The notes: generated from the sequence alone by a model not told the origin. Positions 1 to 9,421 are shown, counted from the first letter of the stretch. The stretch: 61,840 nt of DNA from Puniceicoccaceae bacterium (GCA_040830765.1 JBFOMH010000025.1:1-61840), one strand, 5' to 3'. Translations and numbers: made by a program.

Positions 1-733
1 AAAGCCGAAAAAGCAGGAATCGAAAGCGCCCAAAACCGGGGAGTCCTCCAAATCCCGCATCTCTTTCCAGAAAAAGTCACCCCTTCGGCTGAAGTCCAAG
101 GGTGCGCCCGAGCCGATTCCATCCTTCAAGCCCGCCGTGGCCGTACCCGACATCGCCGGCAGCAACCCGTCCAGTGTCGAACTGGCCCAGCAGCAGGAGC
201 ATATCCGCCGGAAGGAAGCCGAAGAGCGGGAGAAGGCGGAGATGAAAGTCCGCCGTGTCTGGTCAATCCGGCTTATCCTGAGTGTCGTGTTCCTGATTGC
301 CTGCTGGGCCGTTGGCATCTTGTATGTCTTCCGGCCGGAGCCGACCGCAGCCAACATCCTGATGGAGGTTTCCACTCTCAACTCGGCCCGGACCAAGATC
401 ATGGAGCCGGAAATGGTCTTTTTCCAATTGCCCGTGGATCCGGTCCACCAGGACCGCTGGATTCAATCCCTGCAGCTGCAGCCATTGCGTGAAGGACAGG
501 TCATTTCCATTCCAACCTATCATTCCCTGGATACGTGGGAGAAGCCTTCCGGCTTTATCCGCCCACCCTACTCCGAGACCGAGATTGACGAATGGTGGGA
601 CCTGCGGCTGCGTGAAGTCCGCTACGGATTCATCCACCGGTGGGATGATGGAACAATCCTCATCCTGGATCTCGAGTCGGACAGCATGATCGGCTGGGCC
701 AAGGCAAGAAATCTTCCCGAGATTCTGAACTAA
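1..733 (+). CDS. Hypothetical single-pass membrane protein, 5'-truncated by the window edge
   Basis: The reading frame is open from position 2 (KPKKQESKAPK...) through the called ORF 137..733. Lys/Pro-rich N-part, one TM helix (IRLILSVVFLIACWAVGILYVF), then a globular C-part. Confidence 0.7.
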   Translation, partial: KPKKQESKAPKTGESSKSRISFQKKSPLRLKSKGAPEPIPSFKPAVAVPDIAGSNPSSVELAQQQEHIRRKEAEEREKAEMKVRRVWSIRLILSVVFLIACWAVGILYVFRPEPTAANILMEVSTLNSARTKIMEPEMVFFQLPVDPVHQDRWIQSLQLQPLREGQVISIPTYHSLDTWEKPSGFIRPPYSETEIDEWWDLRLREVRYGFIHRWDDGTILILDLESDSMIGWAKARNLPEILN

Positions 734-748
734 GCGAAGACGGATCTC

Positions 749-2653
749 CTAGAAGATCTTTTCGAGGGTAACCGCCTTACCGTCGAGCAGGTAAGCTTCC
801 TCAAAAGTTGCCTTGGAAAGGAGGACGGCATCATCCTCACGGTCATGGGGAGCCGCCACCTTGACGTGTTCGGAGCGCAATCCACCGAGGTACCAGCGAC
901 TGTCGGCCATGTAGATGAGATCACCTTCTTCTGCCTTCAGGGTTTCCATTGTGGATGGCGATATGCGAATGACATTGTGCTCCAGCGACTCATCAAAGGC
1001 AACCGGCAGGTGACGGGCTTTCTTGCCAACTGTGTGATTGGGCTTGCCGCCCTTGTACTTGGCCATTCCTTCGTCGATCGTATCGACGGTCAGGCCGGCA
1101 ATTTCCTCTGCGTCGCGCGGTTGGGTGAAGAGGGAAATCCCGACCCCGAAAATCCCGGTCACGACCATGCCAAAGAGGGCCCGCATGTAGATGTAGACAT
1201 CGTTGTCCGGGCCACAGACAAACCTCGAAAGCGGGTCAATCCAGTCCGGATACCAGTTGGTGATGAGGGTGAAAACTGCTCCCACCAGCATGGAGATGCA
1301 GGCTGCGGGCGCCGTAAAGCGTTTCCAGAATACCCCAAGAAAGATGGTCGTCACAATGGAGGGAATAATGACCATGATCCCCTTGTAGTGGATCTGCATC
1401 AGGCTCCCCCGTTGCTGGGCAAACCAGATGACCAATAACACGCCGACAACGGTGGCAATGACCGAGGCCCAGCGGGCGGCCTTGAGGTAGTGCTTGTCAT
1501 CCGCATCCGGCTTGATGAGCGGCTTGTAGATGTCGTAGATGCCAATGGCGGCACAGGCATTGATCAGGGTGTCAATGGTCGACATGAGGGCGGCCGTCAG
1601 GGCGGCAATGACAAACCCGAAGAGAATCGAGTTCTGGTGCAGGGTCTCCCAGGTCACGACGATGAAGGTGTGGAAGGTGTTTTCGATATGAACCGCATTG
1701 ATTCCCTCAAGGGCACCGCCTTCGACGGCCTGCTTCATGACCAGCGACTTGGCCACCCAACCGACCGCACCAACAATAATGGCCGAGATGGGAAGGGTCA
1801 CGATGACATTGAAAAGGGCTGCCTTGCGCCCGTCATGCACACTCTTGATAGCAAGGTAGCGCATGATGAAGCCCTGGTTCATGAAGGAAAAGGCGATACT
1901 CCCGGCAAGCGCCTCACCCCAGAATAGACCGGCAGTGTTGAACTTGGGATCATCCGTCAGGTGGACAAAGGGCAAGCGGTGCGATTCCGGCAGGTAGGCC
2001 CACCATTCGCTGAACCCACCCAGGGCCCAGATACCCGCCATGATTGCCAGGCCACCCGCGATGTAGAGCATGACGCCCTGGAAAAGGTCGGTAAAAATAA
2101 CCGCCGTCTGGCCACCAAAGGTCACATAGGCACCCAGGAAAAACGCCACAACTGGTACCGAATAGAGAATCGGCAGACCAAACATGCCCTGCAGGGCAAC
2201 CCCGATGGTAAAGAGGTTGTACCCGATGTAGAAGAACATGTAGGCCATGATGATGCAGACCGCGATATAGCGTGCGGTGCGATTGAAGCGGCGCTCAAAG
2301 TATTCCGGGATGGAGCGGACCCGGGCAAAATAGATGATCGGCAACCAGCCAAACATGAAGAACGGGACAATAAACCAGTCGTTCATGTAGGTCATGGTAC
2401 TGCTGGTGCCCGTCAGGAAGCCCTGTTCGGAATACTTCAGGTAGCTATAGCTGCCGATACCGGTGGCCACCATGCTGGCTGCGGCGAGCCACCAGGCGAA
2501 CCGCTGCCCGCTGAAGAAAAAGTCATTAATGTCCCGGCTGAAGCGGGAGAAATAGGTCCCGAAGCCGGTAATGAGGATGAAATAACCGACGACAATACAG
2601 CCAATGACGATGGTCGCGGTTAACGGAAGATCGATGCCGAATCCCTCTTGCAT
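749..2653 (-). CDS. Sodium:solute symporter (SSS) family protein with extra C-terminal soluble domain
   Basis: About 13 TM helices; DFFFSGQRFAWW, FGGQTAVIFTDLFQG and AALMSTID motifs of the SSS family; about 90-aa soluble tail. Confidence 0.9.
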   Translation of the reverse strand: MQEGFGIDLPLTATIVIGCIVVGYFILITGFGTYFSRFSRDINDFFFSGQRFAWWLAAASMVATGIGSYSYLKYSEQGFLTGTSSTMTYMNDWFIVPFFMFGWLPIIYFARVRSIPEYFERRFNRTARYIAVCIIMAYMFFYIGYNLFTIGVALQGMFGLPILYSVPVVAFFLGAYVTFGGQTAVIFTDLFQGVMLYIAGGLAIMAGIWALGGFSEWWAYLPESHRLPFVHLTDDPKFNTAGLFWGEALAGSIAFSFMNQGFIMRYLAIKSVHDGRKAALFNVIVTLPISAIIVGAVGWVAKSLVMKQAVEGGALEGINAVHIENTFHTFIVVTWETLHQNSILFGFVIAALTAALMSTIDTLINACAAIGIYDIYKPLIKPDADDKHYLKAARWASVIATVVGVLLVIWFAQQRGSLMQIHYKGIMVIIPSIVTTIFLGVFWKRFTAPAACISMLVGAVFTLITNWYPDWIDPLSRFVCGPDNDVYIYMRALFGMVVTGIFGVGISLFTQPRDAEEIAGLTVDTIDEGMAKYKGGKPNHTVGKKARHLPVAFDESLEHNVIRISPSTMETLKAEEGDLIYMADSRWYLGGLRSEHVKVAAPHDREDDAVLLSKATFEEAYLLDGKAVTLEKIF

Positions 2654-2657
2654 GCTC

Positions 2658-2990
2658 TTATACCCCCAGGTAAGGAATGTTCAACGAGGCGACGATCCAC
2701 AGGGCGTGAACCACGGCAAAGAAGATAAAGCCCAGCATCAGCACCCAGAACCAGAGTTTGTCATGGCCCCGGTCGAGCTGGCAGGCGCCCGTGCGCAGGA
2801 TAATGAAAATTCCCATCATGAAGAACCCGGCTCCAAACCCGTACAGGTAGAGGTAGCTGGTCCAGGGATTTTCGGTGCCCAGCCAGCTGATTATCAGGCG
2901 CGGATAGGCATAGATGTAAATAAGGAGTACCGCTGTCACCGCCAGCCCAAGGGCCACCGAACGCGGGGTAGGAAGATTTTTGGTCGTCAT
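2658..2990 (-). CDS. Small 3-TM membrane protein, probably co-transcribed with the SSS symporter
   Basis: ATG at 2990 (MTTKNLP) preferred over the ORF-track start at 3035. Three hydrophobic segments; stop lies 4 bp before the SSS start codon. Confidence 0.7.
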   Translation of the reverse strand: MTTKNLPTPRSVALGLAVTAVLLIYIYAYPRLIISWLGTENPWTSYLYLYGFGAGFFMMGIFIILRTGACQLDRGHDKLWFWVLMLGFIFFAVVHALWIVASLNIPYLGV

Positions 2991-3173
2991 GGTTGAGAAG
3001 AAGACAAGTGCCGATGAAATTGGCCACCAGCCCAATGGCTGTCAAGTTTACCCCGTTGATTCAACGGTCAGGGGGGCATGGATTCCATCCCAAATCCTAC
3101 AGGTAGCCCATCAAGAGCTTCGCCGGGCCCCTTGCCAGTCGACATGGAATGTTAAATTCTCAACACTACCGCC

Positions 3174-4550
3174 ATGATGACCCATAACCGCTTTCTTTTC
3201 CTGCTGGCCTGCCTTTTCACCGCAAACGCCCTCCCCGCGGGTGATTCCGGGACCTTGACCCGAACAGAAGCCATTGACCTGGTCTGGGCGGGAAACTATG
3301 TCCGCTTCGACATGCTGCACCGGGGCGAGCACAGTTTCATTGGCTATTATGATGCCAACCGGCAGTTGACGATTGCCCACCGCTATCAGGGCACCCCGTG
3401 GGTCTACTACAAACTCGACAGCTACTTTGGTTACGACAGCCACAACTACATCGAGATGGAACTCGATGATAAGGGGATGCTTCATGTCCTTGCCAACATG
3501 CACAATCATGTTCTCGAGTACTTCCGGACCACCCGGCCATATGACATCCGTAGCCTCCGGCGCATCACGGAAATGGCTAATCCTGCTGTTGAGCAAAAAA
3601 TGACCTATCCCAACTTCCTGCGCGACAAATCCGGCCAACTGCTGGTCAAGTACCGGGATGGCTCGAGTGGCAACGGAGTCCAGATTTACAACCGGTACGA
3701 CGCCGCAAGCCAGACCTGGACACCCCTGCACAGCGAGCCTCTCATTGACGGCGAAGGCCTCATGAATGCCTATCCCAAAGGTCCAACCCTGGGACCGGAT
3801 GGCCGCTTCCACCTGGTTTGGGTCTGGCGGGACACCCCCGATGCAGCGACCAACCATGACCTGTCGTATGCCCGCAGCCCCGACCTACTCTCATGGGAAA
3901 GCGCCGGCGGCGTGCCCATCCCCCTGCCGATCACGATTTCGACCGGCGACATCGTGGATCCCGTGCCGGTGCACTCAGGAATGATCAATGGCGGCAAGAG
4001 CCTTGGATTCGACTCTCAAAACCGACCCCTTGTGGCCTACCACAAGTTTGATGAGGATGGCTGGACGCAAATCTATCTGGCCCGGGCCATGAACGGCAAG
4101 TGGGTGACGATGAAAATCACCGATTGGAAAGGCTTTCGCTGGGAGTTTGGCGGCAAGGGATCCCTGCCCAGTTTTGAAGTCCGCATGCATGGCGTCCGCG
4201 CCATGGACGACGGAACCATGGTCATCGAGGTCAAAAAACAGGGCCAGCCCCTTCGCCTGACGGTCGATGAAGACACCCTTGAACTTCTTTCCGAAGAGCC
4301 CATGAAAGCCTACCCACCCGTCCTTAACCGCTATGCCTCTTCCCCGGAGGTCATTCTCAATGGCATGGAGAGCGAAGGCGAGGCACCCGTTTTCCGAACC
4401 CTGTCAGCCTCAACGCCAGAACACACCTATTACCTGTCGTGGGAGGCCCAGCCACCCAACCGGGGGCAGGCCCGGGAGGACATTCCCCCACAGTCGACGC
4501 TTCGTCTCCATACTTTCAATAGGGCCAGCACAAAGGATCCGGCAAATTGA
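3174..4550 (+). CDS. Secreted BNR-4 repeat (beta-propeller) protein, possible polysaccharide lyase
   Basis: Signal peptide; DSHNYIEM...LHVLANMH, TYPNF, YRDGSSGNG and NHDLSYARSPDLLSW motifs typical of BNR_4 proteins (the fold of PL24-type lyases). Confidence 0.7.
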   Translation: MMTHNRFLFLLACLFTANALPAGDSGTLTRTEAIDLVWAGNYVRFDMLHRGEHSFIGYYDANRQLTIAHRYQGTPWVYYKLDSYFGYDSHNYIEMELDDKGMLHVLANMHNHVLEYFRTTRPYDIRSLRRITEMANPAVEQKMTYPNFLRDKSGQLLVKYRDGSSGNGVQIYNRYDAASQTWTPLHSEPLIDGEGLMNAYPKGPTLGPDGRFHLVWVWRDTPDAATNHDLSYARSPDLLSWESAGGVPIPLPITISTGDIVDPVPVHSGMINGGKSLGFDSQNRPLVAYHKFDEDGWTQIYLARAMNGKWVTMKITDWKGFRWEFGGKGSLPSFEVRMHGVRAMDDGTMVIEVKKQGQPLRLTVDEDTLELLSEEPMKAYPPVLNRYASSPEVILNGMESEGEAPVFRTLSASTPEHTYYLSWEAQPPNRGQAREDIPPQSTLRLHTFNRASTKDPAN

Positions 4551-6190
4551 AGATTCATGCCATTGATCTGGCCCTGATTGTCGGCTATTTCCTCTTGGTC
4601 CTTGTCATCGCCTTTAAGGTCAGCCGAAGCGTCCATGACAGTGGCGACTACTTTCTTGCCGGAAGAAAACTGAAGTGGCCCTTCATCGGAGCCTCGCTTT
4701 TTGCCACCAACATCTCCGCCGAGCAGTTTGTCGGCCAGGCCGGGCTGGCATTTGTCATTGGCATTTCCGTAGCCAATTACCAGTTGGCTGGCGTTTGGGC
4801 CTTCATCATCATGGGCATCTTTTTCCTGCCCCTTTTCCTGCGGTTGGGAATAATGACGACTTCCCAGTATTTCGAGGTCCGTTATGGAGTTGAAAGCCGG
4901 CGCTTCCTCTCCCTCCTGAACATCCTTTCCATCTCCCTCAACGTGATCCCGGTCTCCCTCTATGCCGGTGGGACGGTCATGATGGACCTGTTTGGCTTCT
5001 CCTCGATTCTCCCAGGCGTCCTCATCATCGGGCTGACGGCCGGCACCTATGCCTTTCTCGGCGGCCTTCGGGCGGTCGTCATAACGGATTTCATCCAGGT
5101 CATCTTCCTTCTCCTTGGCGGTATCCTCGTCCTCTACATCGGCCTCGATCGCCTTGGGGGTTGGGACAGGCTGATAGCGCAGCTGGCTACCGAACCGGAT
5201 GCAGCCTCGAATGGGTTCATGAGCCTGGTTCAACCGGTCAATCATGGCTGGGTCCCCTGGACGGGGGTGGTCCTGGGACTGTCCATGCACGCTCTTTTCT
5301 TCTGCTCCATGAACCATGACCTCGTCCAACGGGCCCTGGGAGCAAAGTCCATTCAGCAGGCCCGGTTGGGAGGATTGCTGGCAGGCTTCCTCAAAGTCGG
5401 AGCGGTCTTCATCATTGTCGTGCCCGGCCTGATTGGGTTCGTGCTTCACCGGGAAGGCCTTTTGGGTCCGGAACTGAGCAGTCCAGACCAGATTTTCCCG
5501 GCCATGATCCGGAGCCTCCTGCCTGTTGGTATCACGGGGCTGGTTCTGGCTGGCTTAATCGCGGCGCTGATGAGCTCCATCGATTCCCATATTTGCGCCA
5601 CCGCATCGCTGGTGACACTTGACTGGGTCAAGCCCTGGCGACCCGATGCATCCGAGGCTTCGCTGGTCCGGACCGGCCGGATCGTTGGAATTGTCGTTCT
5701 CCTGCTGGGATTTGCCTGGGCAATCTTTGTCGTCCCGCAATACAAGTTTCTCTTCGATTACTTCGCCAAATTTGTCAGCTACGCGGTCGGCGGTGTCCTC
5801 GCCTGCTTCCTCTGGGGAATGATTTCCCCACTACCTGGCCGCCGGGCCTGCTTCATTACCATGATTGTCGGGACCAGTGCAGGTCTCTTCCTCTGGCTGG
5901 CTAATGACAACCAAACAATCGCCCGGCTGGTCTGTTCAGATGACGGCCTCGGACTGGCCATTCTTCAGATGCACTTCCTCCATGCCTCTTTCGTCCTCTT
6001 TGCCTTTTCCTCCGTCCTCCTGTTCCTTCTTACCTTCCTGTTTCAGGAGGATGGACGGGAGGGATTTGCCGCGGCCCGTGAAAACCCCAACAACGAGCTC
6101 CAGCCAACAGCGAAGGAAAACCGTGTCTACTGGATCGCTACCGGCGTATTGGTCATCCTGACTATCGCCGTCTATATCTACTTCTCCTAG
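4547..6190 (+). CDS. Sodium/sugar symporter (SSS family)
   Basis: YFLAGRKLKWPFIGASLFATNISAEQFVG, GGLRAVVITDFIQ, VQRALGAK and AALMSSIDS motifs. TTG start overlaps the upstream stop (TTGA). Confidence 0.9.
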   Translation: MKIHAIDLALIVGYFLLVLVIAFKVSRSVHDSGDYFLAGRKLKWPFIGASLFATNISAEQFVGQAGLAFVIGISVANYQLAGVWAFIIMGIFFLPLFLRLGIMTTSQYFEVRYGVESRRFLSLLNILSISLNVIPVSLYAGGTVMMDLFGFSSILPGVLIIGLTAGTYAFLGGLRAVVITDFIQVIFLLLGGILVLYIGLDRLGGWDRLIAQLATEPDAASNGFMSLVQPVNHGWVPWTGVVLGLSMHALFFCSMNHDLVQRALGAKSIQQARLGGLLAGFLKVGAVFIIVVPGLIGFVLHREGLLGPELSSPDQIFPAMIRSLLPVGITGLVLAGLIAALMSSIDSHICATASLVTLDWVKPWRPDASEASLVRTGRIVGIVVLLLGFAWAIFVVPQYKFLFDYFAKFVSYAVGGVLACFLWGMISPLPGRRACFITMIVGTSAGLFLWLANDNQTIARLVCSDDGLGLAILQMHFLHASFVLFAFSSVLLFLLTFLFQEDGREGFAAARENPNNELQPTAKENRVYWIATGVLVILTIAVYIYFS

Positions 6191-6194
6191 CCAC

Positions 6195-6965
6195 TCAGCG
6201 TCCCATCCAGCCGCCATCAACCAGCATGACGGTACCGTGCATGTAGGCGGAGGCCTCTGAACAAAGGAAGACGATGGGGCCCTTGAAGTCGTCGGGACGT
6301 CCCCAGCGACCGGCCGGGATACGCGCCAGGATCTGTTCACTACGGACCGGATCATTGCGGAGGGCTTCGGTGTTGTCGGTATCGATGTAGCCCGGGGCAA
6401 TGGCATTGACGTTGACTCCCTTGCCGGCCCACTCATTAGCGAGGGCCATCGTCAGCTGACCAATGCCACCCTTGCTGGCAGCATAACCGGGAACGGTCAC
6501 CCCTCCCTGGAAGGTCAGCAACGAGGCCGTAAAGACGATCTTGCCGGAGCCCCGGTCAACCATGCCTTTCCCGATCTCCCGGGAGAGGATGAACTGGGCA
6601 TTCAGGTTAACTTCCATCACCTTGTCCCAGTAATCATCGGGATGATTAACTGCCGGCTCCCTGAGGATGGTCCCGGCATTGTTGACCAGGATGTCAATTA
6701 CCGGGAAGTCCTGCTGCACCTTCGCAATGAAGGCATACAAGGATTCCCGGTTGGAGAAGTCGCACTGGTAGCCCCTGAAGGTCCGGCCAAGGGCCGTCAC
6801 TTCCTTTTCCACCTCACTCCCGCTCTCTTCAAGGGAGGCACTCACTCCAATGATGTCCGCGCCTGCCTCAGCCAGGGCCAGGGCCATGCCTTCGCCAATG
6901 CCACGCTTGCAGCCGGTTACGAGGGCAACCTTTCCCTCCAGTGAAAATTGCTCGATAATACTCAT
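6195..6965 (-). CDS. kduD: 2-dehydro-3-deoxy-D-gluconate 5-dehydrogenase (SDR family)
   Basis: TGCKRGIG, NNAG, SLLTFQGG, YAASKGG and RIPAGRWG motifs; directly downstream of kduI. Confidence 0.9.
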   Translation of the reverse strand: MSIIEQFSLEGKVALVTGCKRGIGEGMALALAEAGADIIGVSASLEESGSEVEKEVTALGRTFRGYQCDFSNRESLYAFIAKVQQDFPVIDILVNNAGTILREPAVNHPDDYWDKVMEVNLNAQFILSREIGKGMVDRGSGKIVFTASLLTFQGGVTVPGYAASKGGIGQLTMALANEWAGKGVNVNAIAPGYIDTDNTEALRNDPVRSEQILARIPAGRWGRPDDFKGPIVFLCSEASAYMHGTVMLVDGGWMGR

Positions 6966-6977
6966 CGCGGGTTTCCT

Positions 6978-7805
6978 TTACTTAAGGTCCTTGACGGCGA
7001 TGTGGTCCATGTCGTCGAACCGCTGGTTTTCCCCGCCCATGGCCCAACAGAAAGTGTAGGCGCTGGTTCCACAGCCGGAGTGAATCGACCACATCGGCGA
7101 AATGACTGCCTGCTCATTGGAAAGGGCCAGGTGCCGGGTCTCGTCGCCCGGGCCCATCATGTGGAACACTTTCGCATCTTCGCTCAGTCCGAAGTACATG
7201 TACACCTCCGTACGGCGTTCATGCGTATGGCACGGCATCGTGTTCCAGACACTTCCCGGTTCCAGCGCAGTAAAGCCCATGACCAGCTGGCAACTCTTGA
7301 CGCCATTCTCATGGATGTACTGGTAAATCGTCCGCTTGTTCGAATCCTCAACTGACCCAAGATGGAGCGCGTTGGCATCCGCCTTCCTTGCCAGCGTTGT
7401 CGGGTATTCCGCATGCGCGGGGTAGCTGACGATGTAGAACCGCGCCGGCGCGTCCGCGCTCTCGCTGCTGAAGGAAATCTCCTTGCTGCCCCGGCCGACA
7501 TAGAGGCAGTCCTCGGACGCCATGTTGTACTCGGTTCCATCGACCACGACTGTTCCCGAGCCGCCGATGTTCAGGACACCGGCTTCCCGGCGCTGGCAAA
7601 AGTAATCGGCCGCCAACTCGGCGCCAGCCTCCAGCTTCAGGGATGACTCCCGTGGGACGGCCGCGCCGACGACTGAACGCTCGACTTCGCAGTAAATCAA
7701 ATTCAGGGCGCCATCTTCAAAGAGGTCGATCAGGAATGCCGCCCTCAGTTCATCGGTTGTCATTCGTTTGTACTCGCCTACGCCTACGGTGTATCTCGTT
7801 TCCAT
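6978..7805 (-). CDS. kduI: 4-deoxy-L-threo-5-hexosulose-uronate ketol-isomerase
   Basis: RREAGVLNIGG, SCQLVMG, WNTMPCHTHERRTEVY, SPMWSIHSG and GGENQRFDDMD signatures. Confidence 0.95.
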   Translation of the reverse strand: METRYTVGVGEYKRMTTDELRAAFLIDLFEDGALNLIYCEVERSVVGAAVPRESSLKLEAGAELAADYFCQRREAGVLNIGGSGTVVVDGTEYNMASEDCLYVGRGSKEISFSSESADAPARFYIVSYPAHAEYPTTLARKADANALHLGSVEDSNKRTIYQYIHENGVKSCQLVMGFTALEPGSVWNTMPCHTHERRTEVYMYFGLSEDAKVFHMMGPGDETRHLALSNEQAVISPMWSIHSGCGTSAYTFCWAMGGENQRFDDMDHIAVKDLK

Positions 7806-7855
7806 GGTTCTTCTTTTCCTTGGGGTGGTTGTGTTTTTAAGTTGCCAGATAGATT

Positions 7856-7869
7856 GTTCAAATATGAAC
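7856..7869. promoter_or_regulatory. Candidate IclR operator 1 (GTTCA-N4-TGAAC)
   Basis: Inverted repeat GTTCAaataTGAAC in the AT-rich divergent kduI/iclR intergenic region. Confidence 0.55.
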
Positions 7870-7944
7870 TTCTTTATGTAATCGAAAACGACAGCGTAAC
7901 AAACCGACCCCTTTATCTGTCAATATAGGAAGATAGCCAATTTG

Positions 7945-7958
7945 TTTCATATGTGAAC
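7945..7958. promoter_or_regulatory. Candidate IclR operator 2 (TTTCA-N4-TGAAC)
   Basis: Second copy of the same motif, TTTCAtatgTGAAC, 27 bp upstream of the iclR start codon. Confidence 0.5.
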
Positions 7959-7985
7959 AAATATCCCTGATACATCGCCTGCCCC

Positions 7986-8753
7986 ATGGCCAACTACACC
8001 ATTCCCAATCTCAGAAATGCCTGCCGGACACTGAGCCACATCGCCACGCGTGAGGAGGCCCTGAGCCTGTCGCAGCTTGCCGCAGAGCTCGATGTCCCGA
8101 GGACAACAATGTTGCGGATAGTCTGCACCCTCGAGGAGCAGGGATTCTTGGTCAAGGATGCGAACGGTTACCGGACTGGACCAGTCATGCTCCAACTGGG
8201 ACTGAAGGCGGTCGACCGCGTGGATATCCGCTCCTGCACCGGTCCTGTTCTCAAGCGCTTGGCTACTGCTACCGGAGAGACAGCCCACATTGCCCAGCGG
8301 GCCGGCAATCAGATGCTGATCCTTGATGTCTCGGATGGGCCCAATGTGATCCGGGTCGCTTCCCGGCCCGGCACGCAGGCCCACATGCACTGCTCCGCCA
8401 CCGGAAAGGTTATTTTAGCCAATGCCATCGAGGACCTCTCATCTTTCATCGCCGGGCTCGACCTGCAAAAGCGCACCCGCAAAACCATCACCAGGAAGGC
8501 CGACCTCCTCAAGGAGCTAGCGACAACCCGACAACGTGGTTACGGACTGGATGACGGCGAATACCACGAATCGGTCCGTTGCCTCGCTGTTCCAGTGCGT
8601 GATTCCCAGAATCAGGTAATCGCCGGCATTGGCATCACGGCCAGCACGACCACCTTTCCAAAGTCACGCATTCCTGAAATCGTCCAGAAGGTGAAGTCCG
8701 CTGCCCGGGATCTGGAATCCGCGCTTCGCCAACCCGACATGGCCAAGGTCTGA
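7986..8753 (+). CDS. IclR-family transcriptional regulator (KdgR-like role)
   Basis: N-terminal HTH (LSQLAAELDVPRTTMLRI); GETAH, HCSATGK, RGYGLDDGE and CLAVPV motifs; divergent from kduI. Confidence 0.92.
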   Translation: MANYTIPNLRNACRTLSHIATREEALSLSQLAAELDVPRTTMLRIVCTLEEQGFLVKDANGYRTGPVMLQLGLKAVDRVDIRSCTGPVLKRLATATGETAHIAQRAGNQMLILDVSDGPNVIRVASRPGTQAHMHCSATGKVILANAIEDLSSFIAGLDLQKRTRKTITRKADLLKELATTRQRGYGLDDGEYHESVRCLAVPVRDSQNQVIAGIGITASTTTFPKSRIPEIVQKVKSAARDLESALRQPDMAKV

Positions 8754-8776
8754 GGCGAGCCTTTGCCGTCTCAGAC
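8748..8776 (+). terminator. Stem-loop overlapping the iclR stop codon
   Basis: GTCTGAGGCG...CGTCTCAGAC, a 10-bp stem with one G-U pair; no clear U-tract. Confidence 0.4.
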
Positions 8777-8912
8777 GCAACAGCACATAAGCGCGACTGA
8801 TTGGATTGACAACCTTAGCTAATCCGGCCACTCCTTTGGTGACCCAAGGGTCATTTGGCAATCCGCCAGTTTGAAGCCTGGGCCTTCACTCACCAACACA
8901 AGGACAGCAAGC

Positions 8913-9401
8913 ATGAACAAGCACAAATATCTTTCAAAACTGACTACCCTACTCGCCTTCTTTGCACTTGGTACTTTTCCGGTCCTCGTCCAGGCGGAAT
9001 CCTTTGAGACAAGCGGCAGTGCGACCTACATCGTGACGGACAACCAGGTGACGACCCATGCCAACGGCACAACGACAATCGTCCAGACCAGCAAGACCAT
9101 CATCGAGTGTGATGATGAATCGGTGAGTTTCCACAAGGCACCACAGACCGCAATCGGGACCATAGTCCAGGACGCCGAAGGCAATGTCATTGCCAACATG
9201 GGTTATTGTTATGCCGTTGATGCCGATGGCGATGTCATGTACCTCAACTGGCGCATGGTCGGAAATGGATCCGAATGGAGCTTTGTCAGTGGCACCGGAA
9301 AGTACGAAAACATCGAAGGCGGCGGCACCAGCGAGGTCTTGGCTCTTATGGAAGACGGCAGCCAGATGATCCGCTGGCACGGCAAGTGGACACAGGAGTG
9401 A
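8913..9401 (+). CDS. Secreted hypothetical beta-rich protein (allene-oxide-cyclase/dirigent-like barrel by motif)
   Basis: ATG at 8913 with AGGA upstream; signal peptide ending VQA; WSFVSGTGKYENIEGGG motif. Confidence 0.6.
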   Translation: MNKHKYLSKLTTLLAFFALGTFPVLVQAESFETSGSATYIVTDNQVTTHANGTTTIVQTSKTIIECDDESVSFHKAPQTAIGTIVQDAEGNVIANMGYCYAVDADGDVMYLNWRMVGNGSEWSFVSGTGKYENIEGGGTSEVLALMEDGSQMIRWHGKWTQE

Positions 9402-9421
9402 GGCGCGGGCAAGCCTCACTC
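9396..9421. terminator. Hairpin between convergent genes, containing both stop codons
   Basis: GAGTGAGGC-gcgggcaa-GCCTCACTC, a perfect 9-bp stem. Confidence 0.5.

Noticed and set aside
7943..7959. parS-like TGTTTCATATGTGAACA
   Set aside because: Spacing and core differ from TGTTTCACGTGAAACA; better explained as an IclR operator.
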